In this document: positions 9,801 to 21,543 of the stretch, one piece after another
Layout: each line of letters opens with the position of its first letter
Numbering within the stretch: the stretch's first letter is position 1
NCBI GenBank assembly: GCA_002269645.1
Contig: NIVC01004595.1
Location: 1-41,039, forward strand
DNA: 41,039 nt
Source of the DNA: Macrostomum lignano
Lineage: Eukaryota
Reading direction: 5' to 3'
Program-made: the position numbers and the translations under genes
Notes under the pieces: model-generated
Databases searched by the model: none
Told to the model about the DNA's origin: nothing
Seen by the model: the letters and a program-made list of their open reading frames with translations, nothing else

Positions 9801-10849
9801 TTCTCTTCCCATTTCTCTCCACCTGTGCTTGCATCCCTATATTGTAATGCATTGCTTAAAACAAATATATGCCATACTGTACTCGGGGTGCGCAGGATTC
9901 AGAATACAAACAAGGCTGTCAATCATAGGCTATTAGTAACATGTATAAGTAATGGAAAGGCATAAAATTCACATGAATTTAAACTTAACAAGTACTTAGC
10001 CAAAGAGACTATCCCATTTATTCGATCGTTTCCTGCGTACCCCCCAATAATGTCTTTGAATTAGTTTTTATATTCAACAGAGGTGAAGGAATTCGAGTAG
10101 GGGTATTCAGCTAGCTGTGAAAGGAACGCAGCAACATAAGTACTTGAAGAAGTCAAGAAGTTGTAATTCAGTGCAGCTATACAAAGTAGTTTTGGTACTT
10201 TTTCCACCATTCTCACTAAGATGTACAGTCCTGCATGACTGCTATAGCTGACGGGCAGCCAATCAGTTTTTCGCACATTTAACTGCCTTACAATGAATTG
10301 GCAGAGAATGAGTAGCCAACCAGCTGTTACAGAGTGATTCATTCAATTAATGATTTGCGCAAAGTGGCGGTCTATCACAGACTTTAGATTATCACAATTT
10401 TAGACTGACTGTGAACTCTAAGCTCTTAATAGAGAATGCCATAGCAGAACATTTAAGCTGCAATCGCACCCTAACGCTGACTCATATTCCTAAAGTTTGA
10501 TTTGCATCAATTTCAGTTGACAGTGAGCACTTGAATTTTACAGCTTTATTATCGGTGCCTTTCAAAAGGCAGCCCTGTGTATTAGCTGCGCAGTGAAATT
10601 CAAGAGGTGGGGGGGTCAAATGCCGCGGTGCATTGGAGGGGGTGGGTCGCTGTGTATTGGAGGGTTGATTTACATAGATTGCGCAACTATAATGTTCACT
10701 TAATTGAGACTGATACTGACTGCCTGAGAAATAGTTATGTCAATGTCAAAGCTGCTTCGTGTGACTTTTACTGAAACTGAGTTGGGTTATGGGATTCAGC
10801 TGATGGAGATCACTTAATGGAATTCCGGTGATAGGAGTTCTTCCCCTTT

Positions 10850-10875
10850 CTCCTCCAGCGGAGGAGTTGGCCTCG
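10850..10875 (+). other. Helitron 3' terminal hairpin and terminus of the autonomous unit
   Basis: CTCCTCC-AGC-GGAGGAG, TTGGC, CTCG; same position and stem as at the other junctions. Confidence 0.8.
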
Positions 10876-11799
10876 TATATACTAAAGTTGACGCGTTGTT
10901 TGTCTGTCTGTCTGTCTGTCTGTGTGTCTGTCATTTCGACAACTCCTCCTTGAATAGTGGCAACTCAGCGTTGAAACTTATATGGGAAGATTGGAAATTA
11001 TCCGAGGTCGGCTATAGGCTATTTTAATTCTGAAATTTTAATTTCTAAGATCCTCAAAAAAGCAGAAAACGGCGGTCTTGACCTTTGATAATCTTAATTG
11101 TCCCCTCTTTCTGCTTGGAGCTGAAAATTTGCATGAATTTCAAGTGATTGCGCCACAACTTTTCCCTATCTCTGCAGTGTATTTTCTCTCCAGTGGGGGG
11201 ATGGGGCGTTCTAAATGGCTGCCTGTGTACAATCGGACCCTGGCTCACTGGCTGACTGTATAGACAATTGCGCAAAGATTTGTGTTCTAATTTTCAATAG
11301 GCAGCCCTGTGATTTTGTTGAACCTTGAAATTCAATGCATAAACTTGCGGGCCTCTTTAGCAGGCAGTGAACGTACAATTGATATTTCAATGCTTTAAAT
11401 CAGAAAGTTTCAAACGCAAACTGTTGCTCGAGTTTTTAACTTTGAGAGAAAAAATTAATATTGCTGGAAAGAACTTGCAAAGCTGATTTCAGGGATATAA
11501 ATTGTTTGCTTTAAATATGAAAAGAAAGAGCACAGCATTGAAAAAACTATTTCCATACTTTTAACTTTCTGCAAAAATTGTACTCAGTTTTGCGAGACGT
11601 AATAGATAAAGTTGGGGGGAGAGTTCAACTTCTCACTGCTGCTGTGTATTGGAGGGTTGATTTAGATTGCGCAATGTTTTTGTTAACTTTAACTTAGACT
11701 GATACTGACTGACTGTGAAATCGGTTGCGCAATGAATTGATTCAATTAGTTCAATATTTTTATCAGCGCCTTTTAACACGAAGCTGTGCGTAGTTTTAA

Positions 11800-11823
11800 C
11801 CCTAACCCTAACCCTAACCCTAA
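11800..11823 (-). repeat. Interstitial (TTAGGG)4 tract
   Basis: (CCCTAA)4 on +. Confidence 0.9.
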
Positions 11824-11869
11824 CCAATGAATCCGGAGTTGAGTTGTTTGACGGAAAAAAATTGATTGA

Positions 11870-12235
11870 GTCCAGTTTAGCGGAGACGATTTCAATGTTT
11901 TAATTTGACAGAGAGGATTTCTGTTTCGTGGAGAGGATTTCGATGATGTTCAGTTTCACGAAGAGAGGATTTCGATGATGTTCAGTTTCACGAAGAGAGG
12001 ATTTCGATGATGTTCAGTTTCACGAAGAGAGGATTTCGATGATGTTCAGCTTCACGGAGAGGATTTCTGTTTCGCGGAGATAATTTATAATTGATTTCTG
12101 TTTTATGAAGACCATTTTGATGGATTTAAGTTTTAATGAGAGGATTTCGAAGGAGTCCAGTTTTACGGAGAGGATTTCGATGGTTTTCAGTTGCACAGAC
12201 AAGATTTCTGCTTCGCAGAGAGGATCTTGATGGAT
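11870..12235. repeat. 20/30/32-bp minisatellite block (TTTCGATGGTGTTCAGTTTCACGGAGAGGA family); present in nearly every short unit
   Basis: Tandem imperfect copies just after the CCCTAA tract; homologous blocks at ~1555, 14335, 16870, 18490, 20930, 22510, 25740, 27680, 30070, 31200, 33485, 35345 and 37690. Confidence 0.85.
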
Positions 12236-12249
12236 TTGGCATCTTCAAT

Positions 12250-13200
12250 CAGTCAGAGAAGAGAGTAAAGAGAAGAATGAAAAGAGAAGAGCGATGACAT
12301 GATAGAAAACAGAGTAGAAATGAATGGAGAGATTAGACATGACAGATGGGAGAGAAGAGGGGAGTAAGGCGGGAACGAAGAGGGAGAGAGAAGAGAAGAG
12401 GAGAGAGGAGATGAGAGGGGAGATATGAGATAGCAAAGGGAGACAAGAGAGATAATAGGAGAGAGAATAGATGAGGGATAAGAGCGTACAGAGGAAATAG
12501 AAGAGAGGGGAGAGTAGAGGAGAAAGAAAGAGTGAGATGAGGGATGAGAGATGAGAGAGGAAAGGAGAGAGAAGAGAAGAGAAAAGAGGGGAGAAAGGAG
12601 ACAGGAGAGAGAGCAGACGAAAGACCAGGGAGAAGATATAAATAAGGTAGTAGAGATGAGAGGAGAGAGAGGAGAGAGAAGCGAAAGGAGAAGAGAGTGA
12701 GGAGAGAGGAGAGAGATGAAAGATCAGAGAGGAAAGTAGTGAGGAGAGGAGAGATAAGAGATGCGATGAGAAGAGATGCGTGAGAACATAAGAGAGAAGA
12801 GATTAGAGATTAGAGAAGAGAGGGGAGAAGATCAAAGGAGCAAGGAGAGGAGAAAAGAGAGAATGGAGAGGATATAAAAGAGAGAAGAGAAGAGACAGGG
12901 GATAGTGGAAAGAAGGAAAGAAAGATGGGAGACAAGAAAGTAGAGTGTGAGAGCGTATATGAGATATGATAAATGAGAGCTGAGAGAAGAGAAAAGAGAA
13001 GAGACAGAGAGGGTTAAGAGAGACGATAGATAAGTGAGTAGAGATGACATATGAGAGAGGAGAGAAGAGGGAGAGATATGAGAGAAGAGACGGGACAAGA
13101 GACAGGAGAGGGTACAGACGAAAGACGAGGGAGAAGAGATAAATAAGGGAGCAGGGGTAGAGATGAGATGAGAGAGAGGAGAGAGGAGATATGAGAGACT
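12250..13200 (+). repeat. Polypurine GA-rich low-complexity tract
   Basis: Overwhelmingly A/G on +; homologous tracts at ~1-395, 14640-14865, 15140-15710, 18645-19300 and 21115-21380. Confidence 0.9.
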
Positions 13201-13366
13201 TGAGAGTCTTTGAGCTATGGTCTTTGAAAGATTTTGTAAAGAATTTGGAGACGATTTGGAAGATAGGGTTAAAGACATGGAATTTCAGTTGATGGATATT
13301 TCAGGAAATGGAATTCCGGTGATGGGAGTTCTTCCCCTTTCTCCTCCGAAGGAGGAGTTCCACTCG

Positions 13367-15911
13367 TCTATATACTAAAGTTGACGCGTTGTTTGTCTGT
13401 TTGTGTGATACACATCTCCTCCTAGACGACTTGCAAGTCAGCGTTGAAACTTATATGGGAACACTGCAAATTTTCCGAGGATGGCAGTGGGCTATTTCAA
13501 TTTTTTATTTTCACGTCTTAAGATCCCTAAAAAAGCAGAAGTAGTAAAACAATAGGGGAATATGAACATCTTGCGTAATTTACAATTATTGCGCCACAAC
13601 AGCCGGCCTATCTGTGCAGTGTATTCTTTCAACTGAAGGGGGTAAGCTGGGCCGGTTGACATCAATTTTTAGCGATTGCGCCACAACTGTGTGCACTGAG
13701 AACTTAACCAAACCCCCCTGTGTTGAGGGTGCTGGGGCGGCAGTGGAATTCAATGAATAAACTTGCAAGCCTTTTTAGCAGGCAGTGCACGTATGCGTAC
13801 ACTCGATAGTTCAATGCTTTAAATTGGGATATTTCAAACGCCAACTGTTCCTCGAGTTTTGAACTCTGAGAGAAGAGACTCATATTGCTGGAAAGATCTT
13901 TTAATGCTGACTTCGAGGATATAAGTTGTTTGCTTTAAATATGAAAGCAAAAAGCAAAGCAAAAGCAAAGACGATATTTCAATACTTTTAACTCTCTGCA
14001 AAGATTGTACTCATTTTACGGGTTCAATGGGGGTTCGACCGACACCCCAACAGTTAGGGGGGGGGGGGTTGAATTTCTAACCTTCACTGCGTATTGGAAG
14101 GGGTCGGTCGCTGTGTATTGGAGGGTTGATTTAGATTGCGCAATTTTTTTTTCTAATTTTACCGAGACTGATACTGAATGACTATGAAATTGGTTGCGCA
14201 TTCAACTGATTCAATTGGTTCAATTTTTTTATCGGCGCCTTTCAACACGCTGCTGTGTGTAGCTCTAACCCTAACCCTAACCCTAACCCTAACCATTGAA
14301 TCCTGGGAGTATATTCCCTTTGACGGAGAAAATTTCGATTGAGTCCAGTTTCACGGAGAGAATTTCAATGGTTTTCAGTTTCTTGGAGATGATTTCTGTC
14401 TTGCGGAGAGGATTTCGATGGTTTTCAGTTTCACGGAGAGGATTTCTGTTTCGTGGAGAGAATTTTGATGTATTTCTGTTTTACGGAGACAATTTTGATG
14501 GATTTTAGTTTCACGCAGAGGATTTCCTTGGAGTTCAGTTTCCCGGAGAGGATTTCTGTTTCGTGGAGAGAATTTTGATGTATTTCTGTTTTACGGAGAC
14601 AATTTTGATGGATTTTAGTTTCACGCAGAGGATTTCCTTGGAGATCAAGAGAGAGAGAAGAGAGAGGAGAGATGAGACAGGAGACGGTAGAGAGGAGAGG
14701 GGAAAGATGAGAGAATAGAGATGAGAAAATAGAGATGAGAGCGCAGAGAGAAGAGATGAGAGATTGGAGATTATTGATAAGAAAGTAAGAGTAGAGATGA
14801 GAGAGGAGATAAGAGCAGAGAGAAGAGATTATATAAAGGAGCAAAGAGGAGAGAGTAGATAGGAGAGTCTCAGTCTGGACCATGGCAGTCAATTTTTGCA
14901 AACAGGGAAAACATGCTATGATATTTCAGAGGTTTTATGGAGGATTTTGAAGATTTTTTTGACGTAGACCCAAACAATTAAAAAGCATATTTTTATAGAC
15001 CAGTTTCATAGTCTTGATTGACTGAAATTTGATAGAGATAATATTTTTTAAATTGATGGATTGTAGCTTGAAGGAGATGATACACGCTTGATTGCAGTTT
15101 AATGGAGAGGATTTTGATGATACATGTATCTGTTTCATAGAGAGGATGAAATGGCTAAATGAAAGGGATTAGAGAAAAGAGAAAAGGAAACAGTAGATAA
15201 AATATTAGATGAAAGAGAACATGAAAAGAGAGAATTAAAAGGGACAGATTAGAGAAAAGAAAAAGAGAATAAAGGCGAGAGAAGAGATGAGGGAATTGAG
15301 AGGAGAGAGGAGAGGGGGTACGAGAGGAGAAAGAGGAGACAGGAGGGAGTAGAGCCGAAAGACGAGAGAGAAGAGATAAATGAGTAGAGATGAGGGGAGG
15401 GAGAGGAGAGAGAAGCGAGAGGATAAGGGAGAGAGGAGAGGGGAGAAAGTAGAGTGATGAGAGAGCAGAGAGGAGATAAAGGAGAGGAGAGAGAAGAGAT
15501 AAAAGAGGAGAGAGAAAAAAGTAGTGAGGAGAAAGAAGAGAGTAGATATGAGAGCGCAGAAAGGAGAGATAAGAGAGTAGAGATGAGAGATGGGAGAGAT
15601 GAGATGAGAGAGATGAGATGAGAAATAATAGATAAACGAGCAGATGAGAGCAGAGAGGAGATAGGAGAGATTAGAGATGAGAGAGCAAAGAAGAGAGAGG
15701 GACAGACGACAGTCTCAGTCTGGACAATGGCAGGCAGTCAATTTTTGCAAACAGGTAAAACAACATGGTTTTTGGGAGGTTAATAGAGGATTTGGAGAGG
15801 ATTTGGACGATGGGATTCATGTCATTGGATTCAGCTGATGGATTTCAAGGAATGAAATTCTGGCGATGGGAGTTCTATCCCCTTACTCCGCCAACGGAGG
15901 AGTTGGCCTCG
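13367..15911 (+). mobile_element. Non-autonomous Helitron unit (2545 bp)
   Basis: TCTATATACTAAAG start; variant hairpin CTCCG-CCAA-CGGAG 15886-15899; CTCG. Confidence 0.8.
14269..14292 (-). repeat. Interstitial (TTAGGG)4 tract
   Basis: (CCCTAA)4 on +. Confidence 0.9.
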
Positions 15912-16804
15912 CTTAATACTAAAGTTGGTGCGTTGTTTGTCTGTTTGTGTGATACACATCTCCTCCTAAACGACTTGCAAGTCAGCGTTGAAACTTATAT
16001 GGGAACACTGCAAATTTTCCGAGGATGGCAGTGGGCTATTTCAATTTTTTATTTTCAAATTTTAAGATCCCTAAAAAAGCAGAAATCGTAGAACAATAGG
16101 GGAATATGCCCATCTTGCGTAATTTGCAATGATTGCGCCACAGCAGCTGGCCTATCTGTGCAGTGTATTCTTTCAGCTGAAGGGGTGTAAGCTGGGCCGG
16201 TTGACATCAATTTTTAGCGATTGCACCACAACTGCGTGCACTGAGAACTTAACCAAACCCCCCTGTGTTGATGGTGCTGGGGCGGCAGTGGAATTCAATG
16301 AATAAACTTGCAAGCCTTTTTAGCAGGCAGTGCACGCATGCGTACACTCGATAGTTCAATGCTTTAAATTGGGATATTTCAAACGCCAACTGTTCCTCGA
16401 GTTTTGAACTCTGAGAGAAGAGACTTATATTGCTGGAAAGATCTTTCAATGCTGACTTCGAGGATATAAGTTGTTTGCTTTAAATATGAAAGCAAAAAGC
16501 ACTGCATTCAAGAAGAGATTTCCATACTTTTAACTTTCTGCAAAGATTGTACTCATTTTACGGGTTCAATGGGGGTTCGACCGACCCCCTAACAGTTGGG
16601 GGGGGGTTGAATTTCTTACCTTCACTGCGTATTGGAAGGGGTCGGTCGCTGTGTATTGGAGGGTTGATTTAGATTGCGCAATTTTTTGTTAACTTTTACT
16701 GAGACTGATACTGAATGACTGTGAAATCGGTTGCGCTTTCAATTGACTCAATTGGTTCAGTTTTTCATCGGCGCCTTTCAACACGCTGCTGTGTGTAGCT
16801 CTAA

Positions 16805-16828
16805 CCCTAACCCTAACCCTAACCCTAA
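16805..16828 (-). repeat. Interstitial (TTAGGG)4 tract
   Basis: (CCCTAA)4 on +. Confidence 0.9.
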
Positions 16829-17174
16829 CCATTGAATCCTGAGAGTTTATTCCTTTTGACCGAGAAAATTTCGATTGAGTCCAGTTTCACGGAGAGAATT
16901 TCAATGGTTTTCAGTTTCTTGGAGAGGATTTCTGTCTTGCGGAGAGGATTTCGATGGTTTTCAGTTTCACGGAGAGGATTTCTGTTTCGTGGAGAGAATT
17001 TTGATGTATTTCTGTTTTACGGAAACAATTTTGATGGATTTTAGTTTTACGCAGAGGATTTCCTTTGAGTCCATTTTCACGGAGACGATTTCTGTTTCGC
17101 GGAGAGGATTTTGATGGTGTTCAGTTGCACGGAGACGATTTCTGTTGCGCGGAGAGGATTTCGATGGTGTTCAG

Positions 17175-17404
17175 TTTTGCGGTGAGGAGTTGGATGATTT
17201 TGCGGTGAGGAGTTGGACGATTTTGCGGTGAGGAGTTGGATGATTTTGCGGTGAGGAGCTGGATGATTTTGCGGTGAGGAGTTGGATGATTTTGCGGTGA
17301 GGAGTTGGATGATTTTGCGGTGAGGAGTTGGATGATTTTGCGGTGAGGAGTTGGATGATTTTGCGGTGAGGAGTTGGATGATTTTGCGGTGAGGAGTTGG
17401 ATGA
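17175..17404. repeat. 23-bp minisatellite x10 (TTTTGCGGTGAGGAGTTGGATGA)
   Basis: Ten near-perfect copies, period 23. Confidence 0.95.
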
Positions 17405-17490
17405 TGGGATTCAGTTGGTGGATTTCAGGGAATTGAATTCCGGTGATGGGAGTTCTTCCCCTTCCTCCTCCGAAGGAGGAGTTCCACTCG

Positions 17491-19469
17491 TATATACTAA
17501 AGTTGACGCGTTGTTTGTCTGTCTGTCTGTGTGTCTGTCTGTCATTTCGACAACTCCTCCTTGAATAGTGGCAACTCAGCGTTGAAACTTATATGGGAAG
17601 ATTGGAAATTATCCGAGGTCGGCTATAGGCTATTTTAATTCTGAAATTTTAATTTCTAAGATCCTCAAAAAAGCAGAAAACTCAAATCTTGACCTTTGAT
17701 AATCTTATTTGTCCCCTCTTTCTGCTCGGAGCTGAAAATTTGCATGAATTTTAAGTGATTGCGCCATAAAATTTTGCTACCTTGGCAGTGTATTTTCTCT
17801 CCAGTGGGGGGATGGGGCGTTCTAAATGGCTGCATGTGTACAATCGGACCCTGGCTCACCGGCTGACTTTATAGACAATTGCGCAAAGATTTGTGTTCTA
17901 ATTTTCAATAGGCAGCCCTGTGATTTTGTTGAACCTTGAAATTCAATGCATAAACTTGCGGGCCTCTTTAGCAGGCAGTGAACGTACACTCGATATTTCA
18001 ATGCTTTAAAACGGGAACTTTCAAACGCTAACTGCTCTTCGAGTTCTAAACTTTAAGAGAAGAGACTTATACTGCTGAAAAGATCTTGCAACGCTGAGTT
18101 CGAGGATATAAATTGTTTGCTTTAAATATAAAGACTAAAAGCACAGCATACAAAAACTATTTCCATACTTTTAGCTTTCTGCAAAGATTGTACTCATTTT
18201 TAGTTCAATGCCCCCAACACCCGGGTTAAATTTCTAACTGCCACTGCGTATTGAAAAGGGGCCGGTCTCTGTGTACTGGAGGGTTGATTTAAATTTCGCA
18301 ATCTTTTTGTTCACTTTACCCGAGACTGATACTGACTGACTTTGAAATCGGTTGCGCAATCAATTGATTCAATTGGCTCAATTTTTTATTTAAACACGCA
18401 GCTGTGTGTAGCTCTAACCCTAACCCTAACCCTAACAATAACCCTAACCAATGAATCCTGATATTTTATTCTTTTTGACGGAGAAAATTTCGATTGAGTC
18501 CAGTTTTAAAGAGATAATTTCGATGGTTTTCAGTTTCACGGAGAGGATTTCTGTTTCGCGGAGAGGATTTCAATGGTTTTCAGTTTCACGGAGAGGATTT
18601 CTGCTTCGCGGAGAGGATCTTGATAGATTTGGCATCTTCAATCAGTCATAAAAGAGAGTAAAGAGAAGATCGAAAAGAGAAGAGACATGAGATGGTATAA
18701 AACAGAGTAGAAATGAGTGGATAGATTAGACATGACCGATGGAAGAGAAGAGGGGAGTAAGGCGGAAACGAAGAGGGAGAGAGAAGAGAAGAGGAGAGAG
18801 GAGATGAGAGGGGAGATATGAGATAGCAGAGGGAGACAAGAGAGATAATAGGAAAGAGAATAGATGACGGATAAGAGCGTACAGAGGAAATAGAAGAGAG
18901 GGGAGAGTAGAGGAGAAAGAAAGAGTGAGATGAGGGAAGAGATATGAGAGAGGAGATATGAGAGACGTGAGAGTCTTTGAGCTATGGTCTTTGAAAGGTT
19001 TTGTAAAGAATTTGGAGAGATGATAGGAGAGAGAATAGAGATGAGGGATAAGAGCGTACAGGGGAAATAGAAGAGAGGGGAGAGTAGAGAAGAAAGAAAG
19101 AGTGAGATGAAGGATGAGAGATGAGGGAGGAGAGGGAGAGAGAAGAGAGGAGAAAAGAGGGGAGAAATGAGACAGGAGAGAGTAGAGACGAAAGACCAGG
19201 GAGAAGATATAAATAAGGGAGTAGGGGTAGAGATGAGATGAGAGAGAGGAGAGAGAAGAGGGTCACGATAATAGCGAAGAGAGGAGAGAGGAGATATGAG
19301 AGACGTGAGAGTCTTTGAGCTATGGTCTTTCAAAGGTTTTGTAAAGAATTTGGAGACGATTTGGAAGATGGGATTCAAGTCATGGAGTTTCAGCTGATGG
19401 ATTTCAGGGAATGGAATTCCGGTGATGGGAGTTCTTCCCCTTTCTCCTCCGAAGGAGGAGTTCCACTCG
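17491..19469 (+). mobile_element. Non-autonomous Helitron unit (1979 bp)
   Basis: Family 5' end; hairpin 19444-19460; CTCG. Confidence 0.8.
18418..18447 (-). repeat. Interstitial telomere-like tract with CAATAA variant
   Basis: (CCCTAA)3 CAATAA CCCTAA. Confidence 0.9.
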
Positions 19470-21543
19470 TATATACTAAAGTTGACGTGTTGTTTGTCTG
19501 TCTGTCTGTGTGTGTGTGTGTGTGTCATTTCGACAACTCCTCCTTGAATAGTGGCAACTCAGCGTTGAAACTTATATGGGAAGATTGGAAATTATCCGAG
19601 GTCGGCTATAGGCTATTTTAATTCTAAAATTTTAATTTCTAAGATCCTCAAAAAAGCAGAAAACTCAAATCTTGACCTTTGATAATCTTATTTGTCCCCT
19701 CTTTCTGCTCGGAGCTGAAAATTTGCATGAATTTTAAGTGATTGCGCCATAAAATTTTGCTACCTTGGCAGTGTATTTTCTCTCCAGTGGGGGATGGGGC
19801 GTTCTAAATGGCTGCATGTGTACAATCGGACCCTGGCTCACCGGCTGACTTTATAGACAATTGCGCAAAGATTTGTGTTCTAATTTTCAATAGGCAGCCC
19901 TGTGATTTTGTTGAACCTTGAAATTCAATGCATAAACTTGCGGGCCTCTTTAGCAGGCAGTGAACGTACACTCGATATTTCAATGCTTTAGATCAGAAAT
20001 TTTTAAATGCTAACTGTTGCTAGATTTTTGAACTTTGAGAGGAGAGACTTATATTGCTGGAAAGAGCTTGCAACGCTGAGTTCGGGGATATAAGTTTCTT
20101 GCTTTAAATATTAAAACTAAAAGCACAGCATTTAAAAAAACGATTTCATACTTTTAACTTTTTGCAAAGATTGTACTTATTTTTGCGATAGGTCAGAGAT
20201 AAATTTGGGGGGTTCAATTGCCAATTCAATTGGGGGTCGGGCGCTGTGTATTGGACGGTTGATTTAGATTGCGCAATCTTTTTGTTAACTTTACTGAGAC
20301 TGATTCTGACTGACTGTGAAATCGTTTGCGCCATCAATTTGTTTTATTATCTGTGCCTTTCAATAGGCTGCCCTGTGTAGTAGCCGGCCTGTGTAATGAA
20401 TGAATAGACTTGCGAGCCTCTTTGGTAGGCAGTGAACGTACACTCGATGTTTCAATGCTTTAAAACGGGAACTTTAAAACGCTAACTGCTCTTCGAGTTC
20501 TAAACTTTAAGAGAAGAGACTTATACTGCTGAAAAGATCTTGCAACACTGAGTTCGAGGGTGTAAGTTTTTTGCTTTAAATATGAAAAGAAAAGCACAGC
20601 ATTTAAAAAACTATTTCCATACTTTTACTTTCTGCAAAGATTGTACTCAGTTTTGCGAGACGTAATAGATAAAGTTGGGGGGAGGGTTCAACTTCTCACT
20701 GCTGCTGTGTATTGGAGGGTTGATTTAGATTGCGCAATCATTTTGTTAACTTTAACTGAAACTGATACTGTCTGACTGTGAAATCGGTTGCGCAATGAAT
20801 TGATTCAATTAGTTCAATATTTTAATCAGTGCCTTTTAACACGAAGCTGTGCGTAGTTCTAACCCTAACCCTAACCCTAACCCTAACCAATGAATCCTGA
20901 GAGTTGAGTTGTTTGACGGAAAAAAATCGATTGAGTCCAGTATAGCGGAGACGATTTCAATGTTTTAATTTCAACAGAGAGGATTTCTGTTTCGTGGAGA
21001 GGATTTCGAAGGAGTCCAGTTTCACGGAGAGGATTTCGATGGTTTTCAGTTGTACGGACAGGATTTTTCTGCTTCGCGGAGAGGATCTTGATGGATTTGG
21101 CATCTTCAATCAGTCAGAGAAGAGAGTAAACAGAAGAATGAAAAGAGAAGAGAGAGAGAGAGGGTTTAGAGAGACGATAGATAAGTGAGTAGAGATAAGA
21201 TATGAGAGGAGAGAAGAGGGAGAGATAAAAGAGAAGAGAGGAGACACGAGACAGGAGAGGGTACAGACGAAAGACGAGGGAGAAGAGATAAATAAGGGAG
21301 TAGGGGTAGAGATGAGAGAGAGGAGAGAGAAGAGAGTCACGATAATAGCAGAGAGGAGAGAGGAGATATGAGAGACGTGAGAGTCTTTGAGCTATGGTCT
21401 TTGAAAGGTTTTGTAAAGAATTTGGAGACGATTTGGAAGATAGGGTTCAAGACATGCAATTTCAGTTGATGGATATTTCAGGGAATGGAATTCCGGTGAT
21501 GGGAGTTCTTCCCCTTTCTCCTCCGAAGGAGGAGTTCCACTCG
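19470..21543 (+). mobile_element. Non-autonomous Helitron unit (2074 bp, internal module x2)
   Basis: Family 5' end; hairpin 21518-21534; CTCG. Confidence 0.8.
20863..20886 (-). repeat. Interstitial (TTAGGG)4 tract
   Basis: (CCCTAA)4 on +. Confidence 0.9.

Larger units (their letters stand above)
1780..10875 (+). mobile_element. Autonomous-type Helitron (canonical Helitron, Rep/PIF1 helicase), one monomer of the tandem array
   Basis: Starts at a family junction (CTCG 1776-1779, then TTAATACTAAA and GT microsatellite), contains the spliced RepHel gene, and ends with hairpin CTCCTCC-AGC-GGAGGAG (10850-10866) plus CTCG (10872-10875), like the flanking short units. Confidence 0.85.
10876..13366 (+). 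mobile_element. Non-autonomous Helitron unit (2491 bp)
   Basis: TATATACTAAAG start; hairpin 13341-13357; CTCG. Confidence 0.8.
15912..17490 (+). mobile_element. Non-autonomous Helitron unit (1579 bp, no GA tract)
   Basis: Family 5' end; hairpin 17465-17481; CTCG. Confidence 0.8.

Noticed and set aside
10061-10342. 93-aa minus-strand ORF in the cargo region
   Set aside because: AT-rich, no recognisable motif or splice context; length compatible with chance.
1780-10875. Helentron/Helitron2 or LTR-element classification
   Set aside because: No endonuclease domain after the helicase, no sub-terminal inverted repeats that I could see, and no gag/RT/integrase. Motif EYQKRGLPHVH and TC..hairpin ends fit canonical Helitrons.
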